Shown here piece by piece: positions 49,242-58,531 of a stretch of DNA of 64,000 bases. The notes beneath the pieces were generated by a model, which did no database searches, was not told where the DNA came from, and saw only the letters and a list, made by a program, of their open reading frames with translations. The DNA is from Parcubacteria group bacterium GW2011_GWA2_40_23 (GTDB lineage Bacteria > Patescibacteriota > Patescibacteriia > UBA11705 > JABHMO01). Positions within the stretch are counted from its first letter, which is position 1. Each line of letters starts with the position of its first letter. Made by a program: the position numbers and the translations under genes. Location of the stretch: NCBI GenBank assembly GCA_000996245.1, contig LBYP01000001.1, positions 17,197 to 81,196 on the forward strand, given 5' to 3'.

Positions 49242-50030
49242 ATGTACTATTATGTTTATGATACTTTTTTGAGTGATAAAAAATACGAAAAAGTTTTGGA
49301 TAAAATAAAAGTGGCGTTGCTTGATTTGGACATTCAGGGCAAGCATGAGCGTTTAACTTTACTCAAAAGTATCGATGAATTAATTAAAGACGAAGTCAAA
49401 CGAGGTATTAATACCTTGATTGTTTTGGGTAATGATAAGACTTTGTTGCGTGTAATCGATACGGTTGGACGTCACAATATTACATTGGGGATGATTCCTA
49501 TCGGTCCTGACAATAAAATTGCAGAATGCTTAGGTATTCCACCTGAAGAAGCTGCCTGTGAAATTATCGCCGCACGAAAAATTATTCAGCTCGATTTAGG
49601 CAAGGCTAATGATCAATATTTTTTCTCAAGTTTAAAAGTTGAAAAAAATATCAATCGCGTTAGTATTCATAAAGATAATTATAGAATAGTGCCTCAACCG
49701 AATTGTGTGGAATTTGATATTTATAATTTTTATTATCCTGCAGTGGCCGAAAATTATGAAAAAGAGATGAAGAAATTTTCGCCTCAAGACGAAAAATTGG
49801 AATTGGTAATACGCAAGCAAGGCAAACGACAAGGCTGGTTTAAAAAGAAAGACGTTCTAAAACCAATTGATAGTATTATTCAAAGTAAAGTTTTTAAAAT
49901 AAAGAGTTTTGAATATCTCCCCGTAGTTTTAGATGGTTATAAAGTAATTAAGACTCCGGTCATAGTTGAATTAGCTCCATGTAAACTGAAAATGATAGTG
50001 GGTAAAGATCGCTTAAAACATATTCAATAA
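49242..50030 (+). CDS. DAGK_cat-like (YegS/BmrU lipid-kinase-like) protein with a degenerate glycine motif
   Basis: LIVLGNDKTLLRVID...LGMIPIGPDNKIAECLGIP parallels GGDGT...PxGTGNDFAR. The GGDGT box is replaced by GNDKT. Confidence 0.5.
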   Translation: MYYYVYDTFLSDKKYEKVLDKIKVALLDLDIQGKHERLTLLKSIDELIKDEVKRGINTLIVLGNDKTLLRVIDTVGRHNITLGMIPIGPDNKIAECLGIPPEEAACEIIAARKIIQLDLGKANDQYFFSSLKVEKNINRVSIHKDNYRIVPQPNCVEFDIYNFYYPAVAENYEKEMKKFSPQDEKLELVIRKQGKRQGWFKKKDVLKPIDSIIQSKVFKIKSFEYLPVVLDGYKVIKTPVIVELAPCKLKMIVGKDRLKHIQ

Positions 50031-50048
50031 AAAATAAAATATAAGTCT

Positions 50049-50237
50049 ATGACACCAAAAGTAAACAAAGAAGCTTGCATTGGTTGCGGCACATGCGTTT
50101 CTCTTGCTGGTGATATTTTTCAAATGGGATCAGATGGCAAAGCAGAAGTTATCCCAGGCTGTGATTGTGCTGGTAAGGAAGAATTAGTCAATCAATCTAA
50201 GGATGCTTGCCCGGTTCAGGCAATTAGCGTAGAATAG
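50049..50237 (+). CDS. Small 4Fe-4S ferredoxin
   Basis: 62 aa, CIGCGTC...C...CP. Confidence 0.8.
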   Translation: MTPKVNKEACIGCGTCVSLAGDIFQMGSDGKAEVIPGCDCAGKEELVNQSKDACPVQAISVE

Positions 50238-50251
50238 TTTTATCGTTTGGT

Positions 50252-50279
50252 GTAGGGACAAGTCCCGACCTGTCCCTAC
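50252..50279 (+). terminator. Hairpin after the ferredoxin gene (GTAGGGACA-agtcccgacc-TGTCCCTAC)
   Basis: 9-bp perfect stem, followed by an A/T tract and then tRNA-Leu. Confidence 0.4.
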
Positions 50280-50290
50280 ATTAAAAATTT

Positions 50291-50377
50291 GCTCAGGTGG
50301 CGAAATTGGTACACGCACTACCTTGAGGTGGTAGCGGCCGCAAGGCCATGGAGGTTCAAGTCCTCTCCTGAGCACCA
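50291..50377 (+). tRNA. tRNA-Leu (anticodon GAG), with a long variable arm
   Basis: GCTCAGGTGGCGAAATTGGTACACGCACTACCTTGAGGTGGTAGCGGCCGCAAGGCCATGGAGGTTCAAGTCCTCTCCTGAGCACCA. Encoded CCA. Confidence 0.85.
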
Positions 50378-50522
50378 TAAAGTACACGATTCTCGTGACT
50401 TTATGGCTGGTCATGGAGTTAACTTCTGGTATACTTCAGGGTGAACCATGGTTTTAAATAGATGAATTTAATAGTCCTTAAGTGTTATTTTTTTGACATG
50501 CCATGTCCCAGTTGACGAAACA

Positions 50523-50552
50523 GATTTTTGGTGTTAAAGTAATGAGTCCATT
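50523..50552 (+). promoter_or_regulatory. Candidate promoter for island-2 (TTGACG-17-TAAAGT), followed by the SD GGAAGGGAGAG
   Basis: Seen directly in the AT-rich leader immediately before the GC-rich block. Confidence 0.4.
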
Positions 50553-50597
50553 GAACAGTGCAAAACCTGATTCCGCGGGAGGCGGAAGGGAGAGAAA

Positions 50598-51324
50598 AAT
50601 GCGTCCTATACCTTTACCCGATCGCCTGGACCTAAAACTCCAAGAGATCAACACGAAGCTACGAGGCTTCGGTGTTCCGTTCGACCTGTCTCGTTTGGGG
50701 AATTTCCGCAAGGGAGATTGGCAGATTGACGATGTCATTTCTGTCTTTGCTCATCGGGAGTTCAAGATCGCGGTCTGTTTCATCCTTTTGAAGCCGTGGA
50801 CTGGTGAGCGAACTGAGTATTGGTGCCAGTTCAATAGCACCTACTCGAGCGAAGCTCTGTCCGGCCACATCGTGATTCCCGTGGTGAACGGAACGCACTT
50901 TTTGATGATCAAGTCGTACGGGACTTTCATCGGAGTAGCGCCGCTCCTTTTTCCCCGAGGATTCATCCCGAAGTCGAAAGAGGATTTGCCGGCCGTGGTA
51001 GTTGCGCAGAGTTTGATCGAGCGCAAGCTCGGGGATTGCCTTACGGCTGTCCAGGGTGAAGTTCAAGGTCAAGCTCAGCTTCTGCGTGGTGAGCGCGGCA
51101 CCTTGCGTCTGGCCGAAGATCAGAGCACCAGCGGAAACTGGGTTACAGTCTCGGTCGTCCAGATCAAACTGGATATGGCCAAGTTCGAAGAACGACCCAA
51201 GGATTTCCGTGCGTTCAAGTTGGTTGCCATCAGCGATTTCCTTCAGCGAGTTGTCGCAGGCGAGATCGTTGATATGCACTCTCTTTCCGCATACGTGATG
51301 TACACGGCGGCGAGCAAAGGCTAG
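50598..51324 (+). CDS. GC-rich island-2 gene A: degenerate Nudix-fold-like protein
   Basis: Start chosen at MRPIPLPD, with SD GGAAGGGAGAG 5 nt upstream. The track's 50503 start lies in the AT-rich promoter. LFPRGFIPKSKEDLPAVVVAQSLIERKLG occupies the Nudix-box position but lacks the canonical REx2EE. Confidence 0.5.
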
Positions 51325-51399
51325 CGGGAGGCTAGTCTGGACAATTCTGTTTTCTGACTGTTTAGACGGGAGGTCTGACAGTGAGAAGGCAAGGTTGCT

Positions 51400-52077
51400 A
51401 TGATTCGAGATCTGTTGAAGGCACTCGCTCAGGGTGCCACGGCGGGTTGGAAGCTCCGTGTCAACGGAGTGGAAGTCCCGGCGAACGAAGTCGAGCTCGA
51501 GAACCTCAAGTTCGGGATGATCCGTTGGGGTTCCCTCGGGAGCTACGACTCCTGGGGCTTCCAGGAGGTGGGCGGTGGTGGTGCGGTCCTCGTGCCGTAC
51601 TTCGTCCACCCCGAGCGTGGCATCGTGGTCGGCCTGGTGCAGCAGCCCCGGCCGTTCATGTCCGAGAAGCCGGTGTGGAACCTGCCGCGCGGCTTCATGA
51701 ACCCGGGCCAGACGCACTTCAAGTCGGCCACGGGTGAAGCCCTCGAGGAGATCGGCTCCACCGACGGCAATCGCATCTTCCTGCTGAACGGTGAGCCGGC
51801 CAACCCCAACTCGACCTTCTTCGTCACTCGTGGCAACAACGCCGACGGCAGCCCCAAGGGCATCCGCTTCTACGGCGTCGGCTTCCTGCCCAGCGAGTTC
51901 GAGCCCGAGGGCAACGGCTTCAAGTTCAAGCCTGGCGTGGTCGTTCCGGCCACCAAGGACGCCGAGAAGATCATGGGCTGCCGGTTCGTCGACTGGATGG
52001 AAGCGACGCAGCTCGGCTGCATGATGACCATCTCGGGCGTCGCTCGTCTCGTCGTGTACAAGTACACGGATCTCTGA
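51400..52077 (+). CDS. GC-rich island-2 gene B: Nudix-hydrolase-like (ADP-ribose pyrophosphatase-like) with a variant Nudix box
   Basis: GGGAVLVPYFVHPERGIVVGLVQQ...WNLPRGFMNPGQTHFKSATGEALEEIG = G-x5-Q-x7-GE-x2-EE-xG. The canonical Nudix box is G-x5-E-x7-RE-x2-EE-xG. Confidence 0.55.
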   Translation: MIRDLLKALAQGATAGWKLRVNGVEVPANEVELENLKFGMIRWGSLGSYDSWGFQEVGGGGAVLVPYFVHPERGIVVGLVQQPRPFMSEKPVWNLPRGFMNPGQTHFKSATGEALEEIGSTDGNRIFLLNGEPANPNSTFFVTRGNNADGSPKGIRFYGVGFLPSEFEPEGNGFKFKPGVVVPATKDAEKIMGCRFVDWMEATQLGCMMTISGVARLVVYKYTDL

Positions 52078-52084
52078 TCCACAA

Positions 52085-52120
52085 CCCCCATTCGATGCAA
52101 GGTCGAGTGGGGGCATTTTT
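52085..52120 (+). terminator. Terminator of island-2 (CCCCCA-t-TCGA-tgcaagg-TCGA-g-TGGGGG-catTTTTT)
   Basis: Seen directly. Confidence 0.55.
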
Positions 52121-52139
52121 GTTGCGAGGAACGATAGTG

Positions 52140-52495
52140 ACGAAGCAATCTGTTGTTACGAATAACTTCATAAAGTTGAAGGTTACGAATTATTTCTTAC
52201 GAATAGAATATTCTAATTGGAAGTTTCGAATTATTGTTAACATCTAATTGTTAAGCAGGCAGGTAACATCAAAATAGATGGTTCTATTCGTGAAACGGGA
52301 GCAGTAATTAGTAACATCAATATAGAATGTCTTATTCGTAACCATTTTGTCGAACCTCGTGGTTCATGCTATAATTTTAGTGAAAATATAATAACAAATA
52401 CAAGCTCATAGCTTATAGCAAGTTAGCTTATAGGTGCTAAGCCTTTGGATCATAAGTACCTAGAAGCTATAAGCTAGATTGCTAAAAGCTATATA
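52140..52495. promoter_or_regulatory. Repeat-dense intergenic region: six or more copies of TTACGAATA/TATTCGTAA, plus AGCTTATAG/CTATAAGCT direct and inverted repeats
   Basis: TTACGAATA-type copies at about 52155, 52183, 52199, 52227 (direct) and about 52285, 52330 (inverted). GTAACATCAA(A/T)ATAG occurs twice. AGCTTATAG occurs twice, with CTATAAGCT once, at 52410-52480. Confidence 0.4.
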
Positions 52496-52501
52496 AAAAA
52501 T

Positions 52502-52738
52502 ATGCTTGGACGTATCATCCTTGGTCTGATTTTGTGTGTGGTGGGTTACTTCTTTGTCTGGAAACCCTTAACCTTTCTTGATCTCATCGGCCCGATACCC
52601 TTTGCTGAAAAATGGTTTGGCAATAGTGTGTCTTTTTATAAATTCGTGGGCGTTTTTATTATTATGATTGGTTTTTTAGCCATTACTAACCTTCACGGAC
52701 GTGTACTTGAGTGGTTAGTTGGTTTTATAGCAAGATAA
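52502..52738 (+). CDS. Small membrane protein
   Basis: 78 aa with two TM helices. Confidence 0.45.
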   Translation: MLGRIILGLILCVVGYFFVWKPLTFLDLIGPIPFAEKWFGNSVSFYKFVGVFIIMIGFLAITNLHGRVLEWLVGFIAR

Positions 52739-53103
52739 TGTTGGGTCAAAACAAAAAAATTGGAAAATGGGGTGAACAATTAGCCAAAGATTTTTTAATT
52801 AAGGCCGGCTATCAAGTTATTGCTGATAATTGGACCAGGAAAATAGGGGAGATTGATCTTGTTGCCATTAAAGATAATGATATAGTCTTCGTGGAGGTTA
52901 AAACGCGTTCAACTCCATTTTGCGGTTGGGGCGAGGAGGCGGTTAATCATGCTAAGAAGAAAAAAATTAGTTTGCTCATCGATCGTTATCTTTTGGAAGA
53001 AAAGAAGTACCAGGATTTTTTTCCACGTTTTGATATTATCATTGTTGAACTTATTTCTCTCACGCCAAAATTTATTCATTATGAAAATGTATTATTAACT
53101 TAA
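52738..53103 (+). CDS. YraN-family (UPF0102) endonuclease-like protein
   Basis: KIGEIDLVAIKDNDIVFVEVKTR is a PD-(D/E)xK-like signature. The start at MLGQNKK overlaps the upstream stop by 1 nt. Confidence 0.7.
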   Translation: MLGQNKKIGKWGEQLAKDFLIKAGYQVIADNWTRKIGEIDLVAIKDNDIVFVEVKTRSTPFCGWGEEAVNHAKKKKISLLIDRYLLEEKKYQDFFPRFDIIIVELISLTPKFIHYENVLLT

Positions 53104-53107
53104 TTTT

Positions 53108-53455
53108 ATGGAAACTCCAAATAAAAAAGAAACGCCTCGCGATCCTCATGTTGCTGACAATAATAAAATTCTCGCAGCTATGAGTTATTTAGGTTTTTTG
53201 TGTTTCGTCCCTTTGTTTCTAAAAAAATCTAGTCCCTTTGTGCAATTTCATGCCAAGCAGGGTTTGGTTTTATTTATAGCTGAAGTTATTATTTCTTTTA
53301 TTAATATCATTCCATTTTTGGGACAATTGGTTTGGTTCTTGGCCATTGTTGTGTTTTGTATAGTTTCAATTAAGGGCATGATTAAAGCCTGGGACGGAGT
53401 TTATTGGAAAATACCGGTGTTATCTGACTATGCCAAAAAAATTAATTTAGATTAA
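53108..53455 (+). CDS. Small multi-pass membrane protein (DUF4870/TM2-like)
   Basis: 115 aa with three hydrophobic helices. Confidence 0.45.
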   Translation: METPNKKETPRDPHVADNNKILAAMSYLGFLCFVPLFLKKSSPFVQFHAKQGLVLFIAEVIISFINIIPFLGQLVWFLAIVVFCIVSIKGMIKAWDGVYWKIPVLSDYAKKINLD

Positions 53456-53457
53456 AT

Positions 53458-54867
53458 ATGAAAAGAACGAAAATTGTTTGTACTATAGGTCCGGCTTCAG
53501 ATAAACCAGAGACGCTCAAGAAATTAATCAAGGCCGGCATGAATGTGGCGCGACTTAATTTTTCGCATAATGTGTTGGCCTATCATGCTAAAGTTATTAA
53601 AAATATTCGACAATTAGCACAAGAGTCTAACCAGCCAATAGCTATTATTCAAGATCTGCAAGGGCCACGTATCCGTTTAGGTGATTTACCATTAGTGGGG
53701 ATTGAATTAAAAAAGAACACTGAAGTGATTTTGACGACAGGAAAAAGGAACGCGAAAAAAATAAGCGTGACTTATAAAAACATGCATTTGGATGTTAAAC
53801 CCAAGCAAAGAGTTTTAATTGCTGATGGAACCATTGAGTTGCTGGTTGAAAAAGTGAAGGGGCAGGATGTTATTTGTCGCGTTGTTGTTGAAGGAACAAT
53901 TTTTTCACACAAAGGAATAAATTTGCCTGACACGAATGTCCGTATTCAATTATTTTCTGACAAAGACAAGAAGGATTTGATTTTTGGTGTTAAACAAGAG
54001 GTTGATTATGTGGCTTTGTCATTTGTCCGAACAGCTCAAGATGTTTTGACTTTAAAGAAAATGATAAAAGCAGCCTCTATTAAACTAAAAAAGACCAAAC
54101 TTGATATCAAAGTAATCGTTAAAATAGAAAAACCTGAAGCCATCAAAAATTTTGATGCGATTTTAGCGGTAACTGATGCAGTTATGATTGCTCGAGGTGA
54201 TTTGGGTATAGAAATGTCGGCTGAAGATATTCCTGTTATTCAGAAAATGATTATCAACAAATGTTTGCATGCATCAAAGCCAGTTATTGTAGCGACACAA
54301 ATGCTCGACTCAATGATAAATAATCCAAGACCAACACGAGCTGAAGCGAGCGACGTGGCTAATGCAGTAATTGATCATACAGATGCAGTTATGCTTTCGG
54401 GCGAAACAGCTAGCGGTAAATATCCTGTCGAAGCAGTCGAAACTATGAGTCGCATCATCAATAAAACAGAAAATTCTGTTTACGATAATATGGTTTTAAA
54501 AGAAATTGCACGTTTTGCTACCGCCACGGACGATGTTATGGCGAATGTGGTTAAAAAGATTTCCACTAAAGTTAGACCACGGGCAATAATCGTCGCCACA
54601 CGTTCGGGTTATTCCGCTCGGATTGTTAGCCGCTATAGACCGGAGGTTTCTATGTGGGTTGTTTCTGAAAATCGTAAAACAGCTCAGCAACTAAATCTGT
54701 GTTGGGGCATAACTTCTTTCGTCTTGCCTCGAGTAAAAGATTATGAAGAGTTGCTTAATCAGGCCATCCAATATTTAAAAGAGAATAAAAAGATTAAAGC
54801 CGGTGATAAACTGGTAGTTATTGCCGGTCTTTTAGAATTAAATAGAGTTGAAATTAGAGTTGCTTAA
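53458..54867 (+). CDS. pyk: Pyruvate kinase
   Basis: MKRTKIVCTIGPAS...NFSH...MIARGDLGIE. Confidence 0.95.
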   Translation: MKRTKIVCTIGPASDKPETLKKLIKAGMNVARLNFSHNVLAYHAKVIKNIRQLAQESNQPIAIIQDLQGPRIRLGDLPLVGIELKKNTEVILTTGKRNAKKISVTYKNMHLDVKPKQRVLIADGTIELLVEKVKGQDVICRVVVEGTIFSHKGINLPDTNVRIQLFSDKDKKDLIFGVKQEVDYVALSFVRTAQDVLTLKKMIKAASIKLKKTKLDIKVIVKIEKPEAIKNFDAILAVTDAVMIARGDLGIEMSAEDIPVIQKMIINKCLHASKPVIVATQMLDSMINNPRPTRAEASDVANAVIDHTDAVMLSGETASGKYPVEAVETMSRIINKTENSVYDNMVLKEIARFATATDDVMANVVKKISTKVRPRAIIVATRSGYSARIVSRYRPEVSMWVVSENRKTAQQLNLCWGITSFVLPRVKDYEELLNQAIQYLKENKKIKAGDKLVVIAGLLELNRVEIRVA

Positions 54868-54868
54868 T

Positions 54869-55993
54869 ATGAAACTGGGTTTTTGGGAAGCTATTGCAGC
54901 TATGGTCGGCACCATGATTGGTGCTGGTGTTTTGGGTTTGCCTTATGTCATAAGTAAAGTTGGTCTGTCTATTGGTTTGGTCATGTTATTGCTTTTAGGC
55001 GTCGCGGCCTTAATCCTCAACCTTATGCTGACCGAGGTTGTCTTGCGTACAACAGCCTCACATCAACTTGCTGGTTATGCAAAAAAATATTTAGGGGTAA
55101 TCCCGTATCGTTTCGAAACCTTAGCTGTTATTATTGGAACTTATGGTGGTTTAACAGCTTATCTCATCGGAGAAGGAAAAGTTTTATCGATTTTATTGGG
55201 AGGTAAGGAATTAACTTATAGTTTATTTTTTTTCGTAATCATTAGTTTTTTGTTACTATTTGAAATTAAAACTATTAAAATTTTTGGATTGATAATTGTT
55301 TGCTGCTTGTTGGTCGTTGTTTTTGCCATAGTTCTTCTTGGGGGAGGCTCACTTAAGATTGAAAACATGAACTACTCTGATTTTTCTAATATTTTTATTC
55401 CCTATGGTGTTATTTTGTTCGCTTATGGCGGTGCGGCTGCGGTAGTGACAGTGCGACAAATTTTACGCAGGAATGAGAAAAAAATATTGCCTGCAGTTTT
55501 GATTGGCACATTAATTCCAATAGTCATTTATGTAATTTTTACTTTAGTTATTGTTGGCGTTACGGGAAGGGCTACGACAGAAATTGCAACCGTGGGATTA
55601 GGACAAGCTTTGGGACCATGGATGTTGCTTTTTGGTAATTTATTCGCATTTTTTGCTATGGGTTCGGTTTTTTTAAATGGGGGACTCATTTTACGCGAGT
55701 TTTATCAATACGATTTTCATATACATAAAATTTGGGCCTGGCTTTTGGTTATTTCTGTACCGTTAGTTCTGTTTTTGTTTGTGGCTCATGATTTTGTTAA
55801 GACTATGGGCGTAGCCGGTGGTCTGGCTTATGGTATTACCGGAATTACAATTGTCTCTTTATTTTGGAAAGCCAAGCAAAAAGGAGATCGTCAGCCGGAA
55901 TTTTCATTACCACGGTTTAGGATAATCGGCAGTGTTTTAATACTAACTTTTATACTCGGAATGATTTATACTCTAGTCACATTTAAACTTTAA
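54869..55993 (+). CDS. Amino-acid permease-family membrane transporter
   Basis: About 11 TM helices. N-terminal GTMIGAGVLGLPYV is typical of amino-acid/aromatic amino-acid permeases. Confidence 0.6.
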   Translation: MKLGFWEAIAAMVGTMIGAGVLGLPYVISKVGLSIGLVMLLLLGVAALILNLMLTEVVLRTTASHQLAGYAKKYLGVIPYRFETLAVIIGTYGGLTAYLIGEGKVLSILLGGKELTYSLFFFVIISFLLLFEIKTIKIFGLIIVCCLLVVVFAIVLLGGGSLKIENMNYSDFSNIFIPYGVILFAYGGAAAVVTVRQILRRNEKKILPAVLIGTLIPIVIYVIFTLVIVGVTGRATTEIATVGLGQALGPWMLLFGNLFAFFAMGSVFLNGGLILREFYQYDFHIHKIWAWLLVISVPLVLFLFVAHDFVKTMGVAGGLAYGITGITIVSLFWKAKQKGDRQPEFSLPRFRIIGSVLILTFILGMIYTLVTFKL

Positions 55994-56063
55994 AAGCACT
56001 TCGCCGTCTGCGGACGGAAGGCTTGATTTTTCTCTAAATTTATGGTATATTCTCTAAGCTAAT

Positions 56064-57551
56064 ATGAAGCCAGAAACCAAATATTATAGGCTCTTAGAGA
56101 TGATCCCAGGTGCTCTTATCTGGACAACTTTGTTGTTGTCCGTCATCGTATCTTTTTGGCAGCCCCTCTGGGTAATTTTCTTTATCATTGCTTTTGATCT
56201 TTTTTGGCTTTTTCGTATTGCACACTTTATCTTCTTTGTAAGTTTATCATTCTTCAAGTATAAACAAGTGGTACAAGTCAACTGGTTTGAAAAAGTTAAA
56301 CAAATTGATAATTGGGAACGTCTTTTTCATATAATTTATTTGCCGACTGCTGGCGAACCAGTAGAAGTTTTACGTAGTACTTTTCGAAGCTTATTAAATA
56401 GTGAATATCCTGCGCAAAAAATGATTGTGGTTTTGGGTGGGGAGGGTAGAATGGAAAATGATTTTTTACCAAAAGCCGAGGCGATAAAAAGAGAATTTAC
56501 TTCTAAATTTTTTCGTGTTTTTATAACATTACACCCAGGGGACCTGCCAGACGAAATGAAAGGCAAGGGTGCTAATGCTAATTGGATGGGACACGAGTCC
56601 AAAAAGAAGATTGATGAACTTAATATTCCTTACGAAGACTTGATCGTCTCGTATTTTGATAGTGATACTTGTGTGCATCCTCAATACTTTTCGTATTTGA
56701 CGTACAAATATTTAACGCACCCTACACCGATGCGAGTTTCTTATCAACCAGCTGTTTTGTACAATAATAATATCTGGGATGCACCGGCGGCCATGCGTGT
56801 AACGGCTTTTGGTACTATCTTTTGGCTATTAACAGAATTGATGCGTCCAGAACGTATGTATACTTTTTCTTCTCATAGTATGAGTTATAAAGCACTGATT
56901 GATGTTGATTTTTGGCAAAAAGATATTGTCACTGATGATTCACGCATATTTTTACAATGTTTTTTTAAGTATCATGGGGAGTATGCTGTAGAGCCAATGT
57001 ATATTCCAGTTTCTATGGATACAGTTATGGATAAAAGTTATTGGAGAAGTTTTCGTAATTTGTATAAGCAACAACGACGTTGGGCCTGGGGAGTGGAACA
57101 TTTCCCTTATATGATGTGGAACTTTAAAAAAGATAAATTAATACCTTGGTATAAAAAAGTAAAATATACTTGGAATTTAGTTGAGGGGATGTATTCTTGG
57201 GCCACAGCGCCAATTCTTATTTTTATTCTTGGTCGTTTGCCACTTTGGGTGGCTGGACGTGGAGCTGAATCAACTTCAGTGATTGTCCAAAATGCACCTT
57301 TTGTCTTGGAATGTTTAATGCAGATATCGATGCTTGGTATTACAGTTTCCGCAATTATCAGTGTCTTGCTTTTGCCGGCACGACCAAAAGGGCACTCGAA
57401 ATGGAAGTATCCTGTTATGTTATTGCAATGGATATTGCTGCCGGTAACTTTAATTCTTTTTGGATCTATCCCCGCCATAGAAGCGCAAACGCGTTTGATG
57501 TTGGGTAAAAAATTTCATTTAGGTTTCTTTGTAACTCCAAAATCACGTTAA
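56064..57551 (+). CDS. Integral-membrane family-2 glycosyltransferase (processive, cellulose/chitin-synthase-like)
   Basis: N- and C-terminal TM helices, DxD-type FDSDT, and the Q(Q/R)xRW motif YKQQRRWAWG. Confidence 0.75.
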   Translation: MKPETKYYRLLEMIPGALIWTTLLLSVIVSFWQPLWVIFFIIAFDLFWLFRIAHFIFFVSLSFFKYKQVVQVNWFEKVKQIDNWERLFHIIYLPTAGEPVEVLRSTFRSLLNSEYPAQKMIVVLGGEGRMENDFLPKAEAIKREFTSKFFRVFITLHPGDLPDEMKGKGANANWMGHESKKKIDELNIPYEDLIVSYFDSDTCVHPQYFSYLTYKYLTHPTPMRVSYQPAVLYNNNIWDAPAAMRVTAFGTIFWLLTELMRPERMYTFSSHSMSYKALIDVDFWQKDIVTDDSRIFLQCFFKYHGEYAVEPMYIPVSMDTVMDKSYWRSFRNLYKQQRRWAWGVEHFPYMMWNFKKDKLIPWYKKVKYTWNLVEGMYSWATAPILIFILGRLPLWVAGRGAESTSVIVQNAPFVLECLMQISMLGITVSAIISVLLLPARPKGHSKWKYPVMLLQWILLPVTLILFGSIPAIEAQTRLMLGKKFHLGFFVTPKSR

Positions 57552-57552
57552 T

Positions 57553-58530
57553 ATGAGTAAAGTTTCAATCAATCTAGTTACTTGGAACGGAGCCAAATAT
57601 ATAGACAATTGTTTGCGCTCTGTTTTTGCTCAGACGTTTAAAGATTATTCCATTCTAATAATTGACAATGGTTCTTCCGATGAGACTTTGGCGATTATAA
57701 AAGAGCAATATCCGCAACTTAAAGTTATCGAGCATAAAAAAAATATCGGGTTTGCTAAAGCGCACAATCAAGCTATTCATTGGAGCAAGTCTGATTATGT
57801 TTTGCTCTTAAATCAGGATGTGGTTTTAGCATCGGGATATTTAAATGATTTAGTTAATTTTTTGGATAATAATTCCATGGCCGGTTCTGTCGCAGGAAAA
57901 ATTTTGCGTCTTCAAGACGAAGAAAAAACTAATTATATTGATTCTGTTGGTTTGCGTATTTATAAAAATTATCGAGTCGTGGATATGGGGGCGGGGGAAG
58001 TTGATGAAGGGCAATATGACGCTATTACGGAAATTTTTGGTGTTTCTGGCGCTTTGCCAGTTTATCGACGTAAAGCTTTGGAAGAAATAATGTACCAACA
58101 AGAATATTTAGATGAATCATTTTTTAGTTATAAGGAAGATGTTGATTTAGCGCATCGGTTGATCACTGCCGGTTGGCAATCCTGGAGAGTGCCGACAGCG
58201 GTTGCCTATCATGACCGGACGGTAAGTTCTCCATATGAAAAAATGACCGCAGTGAAGGTGGCTCAAAACCGTCAAAAAAAATCAAAATTTGCTAAATTCT
58301 ATTCTTACCGTAATCATCTATATTTTTTGAAAAAGAATTTATCTCGTTTGACCTTGGCAGTATTTTTTTATGAGTTAGTAAAGGCAGTATATGTGTTGTT
58401 GTTTGAACCACGTAATTTGAGAGCGTGGAAAGACTATTTTCATGTCCGCAAGGAATTAAAAGCCAAAAGGGATTTAATTCAAAAACGACGTAAAATTTCT
58501 GAAGAAAAATTAAGCTCTTGGCTCAGTTGA
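57553..58530 (+). CDS. Glycosyltransferase family 2
   Basis: VSINLVTWNGAKYIDNCLRSV...IIDNGSSDET, with a DxD motif. Confidence 0.8.
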   Translation: MSKVSINLVTWNGAKYIDNCLRSVFAQTFKDYSILIIDNGSSDETLAIIKEQYPQLKVIEHKKNIGFAKAHNQAIHWSKSDYVLLLNQDVVLASGYLNDLVNFLDNNSMAGSVAGKILRLQDEEKTNYIDSVGLRIYKNYRVVDMGAGEVDEGQYDAITEIFGVSGALPVYRRKALEEIMYQQEYLDESFFSYKEDVDLAHRLITAGWQSWRVPTAVAYHDRTVSSPYEKMTAVKVAQNRQKKSKFAKFYSYRNHLYFLKKNLSRLTLAVFFYELVKAVYVLLFEPRNLRAWKDYFHVRKELKAKRDLIQKRRKISEEKLSSWLS

Positions 58531-58531
58531 T

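Noticed and set aside
50659-52116. 485-aa minus-strand ORF spanning all of island 2
   Set aside because: It is antisense to two better ORFs that have SD sites and a sensible composition. Its translation is low-complexity and Arg/Gly/Ala/Val/Asp-rich, typical of spurious open frames in GC-rich DNA.
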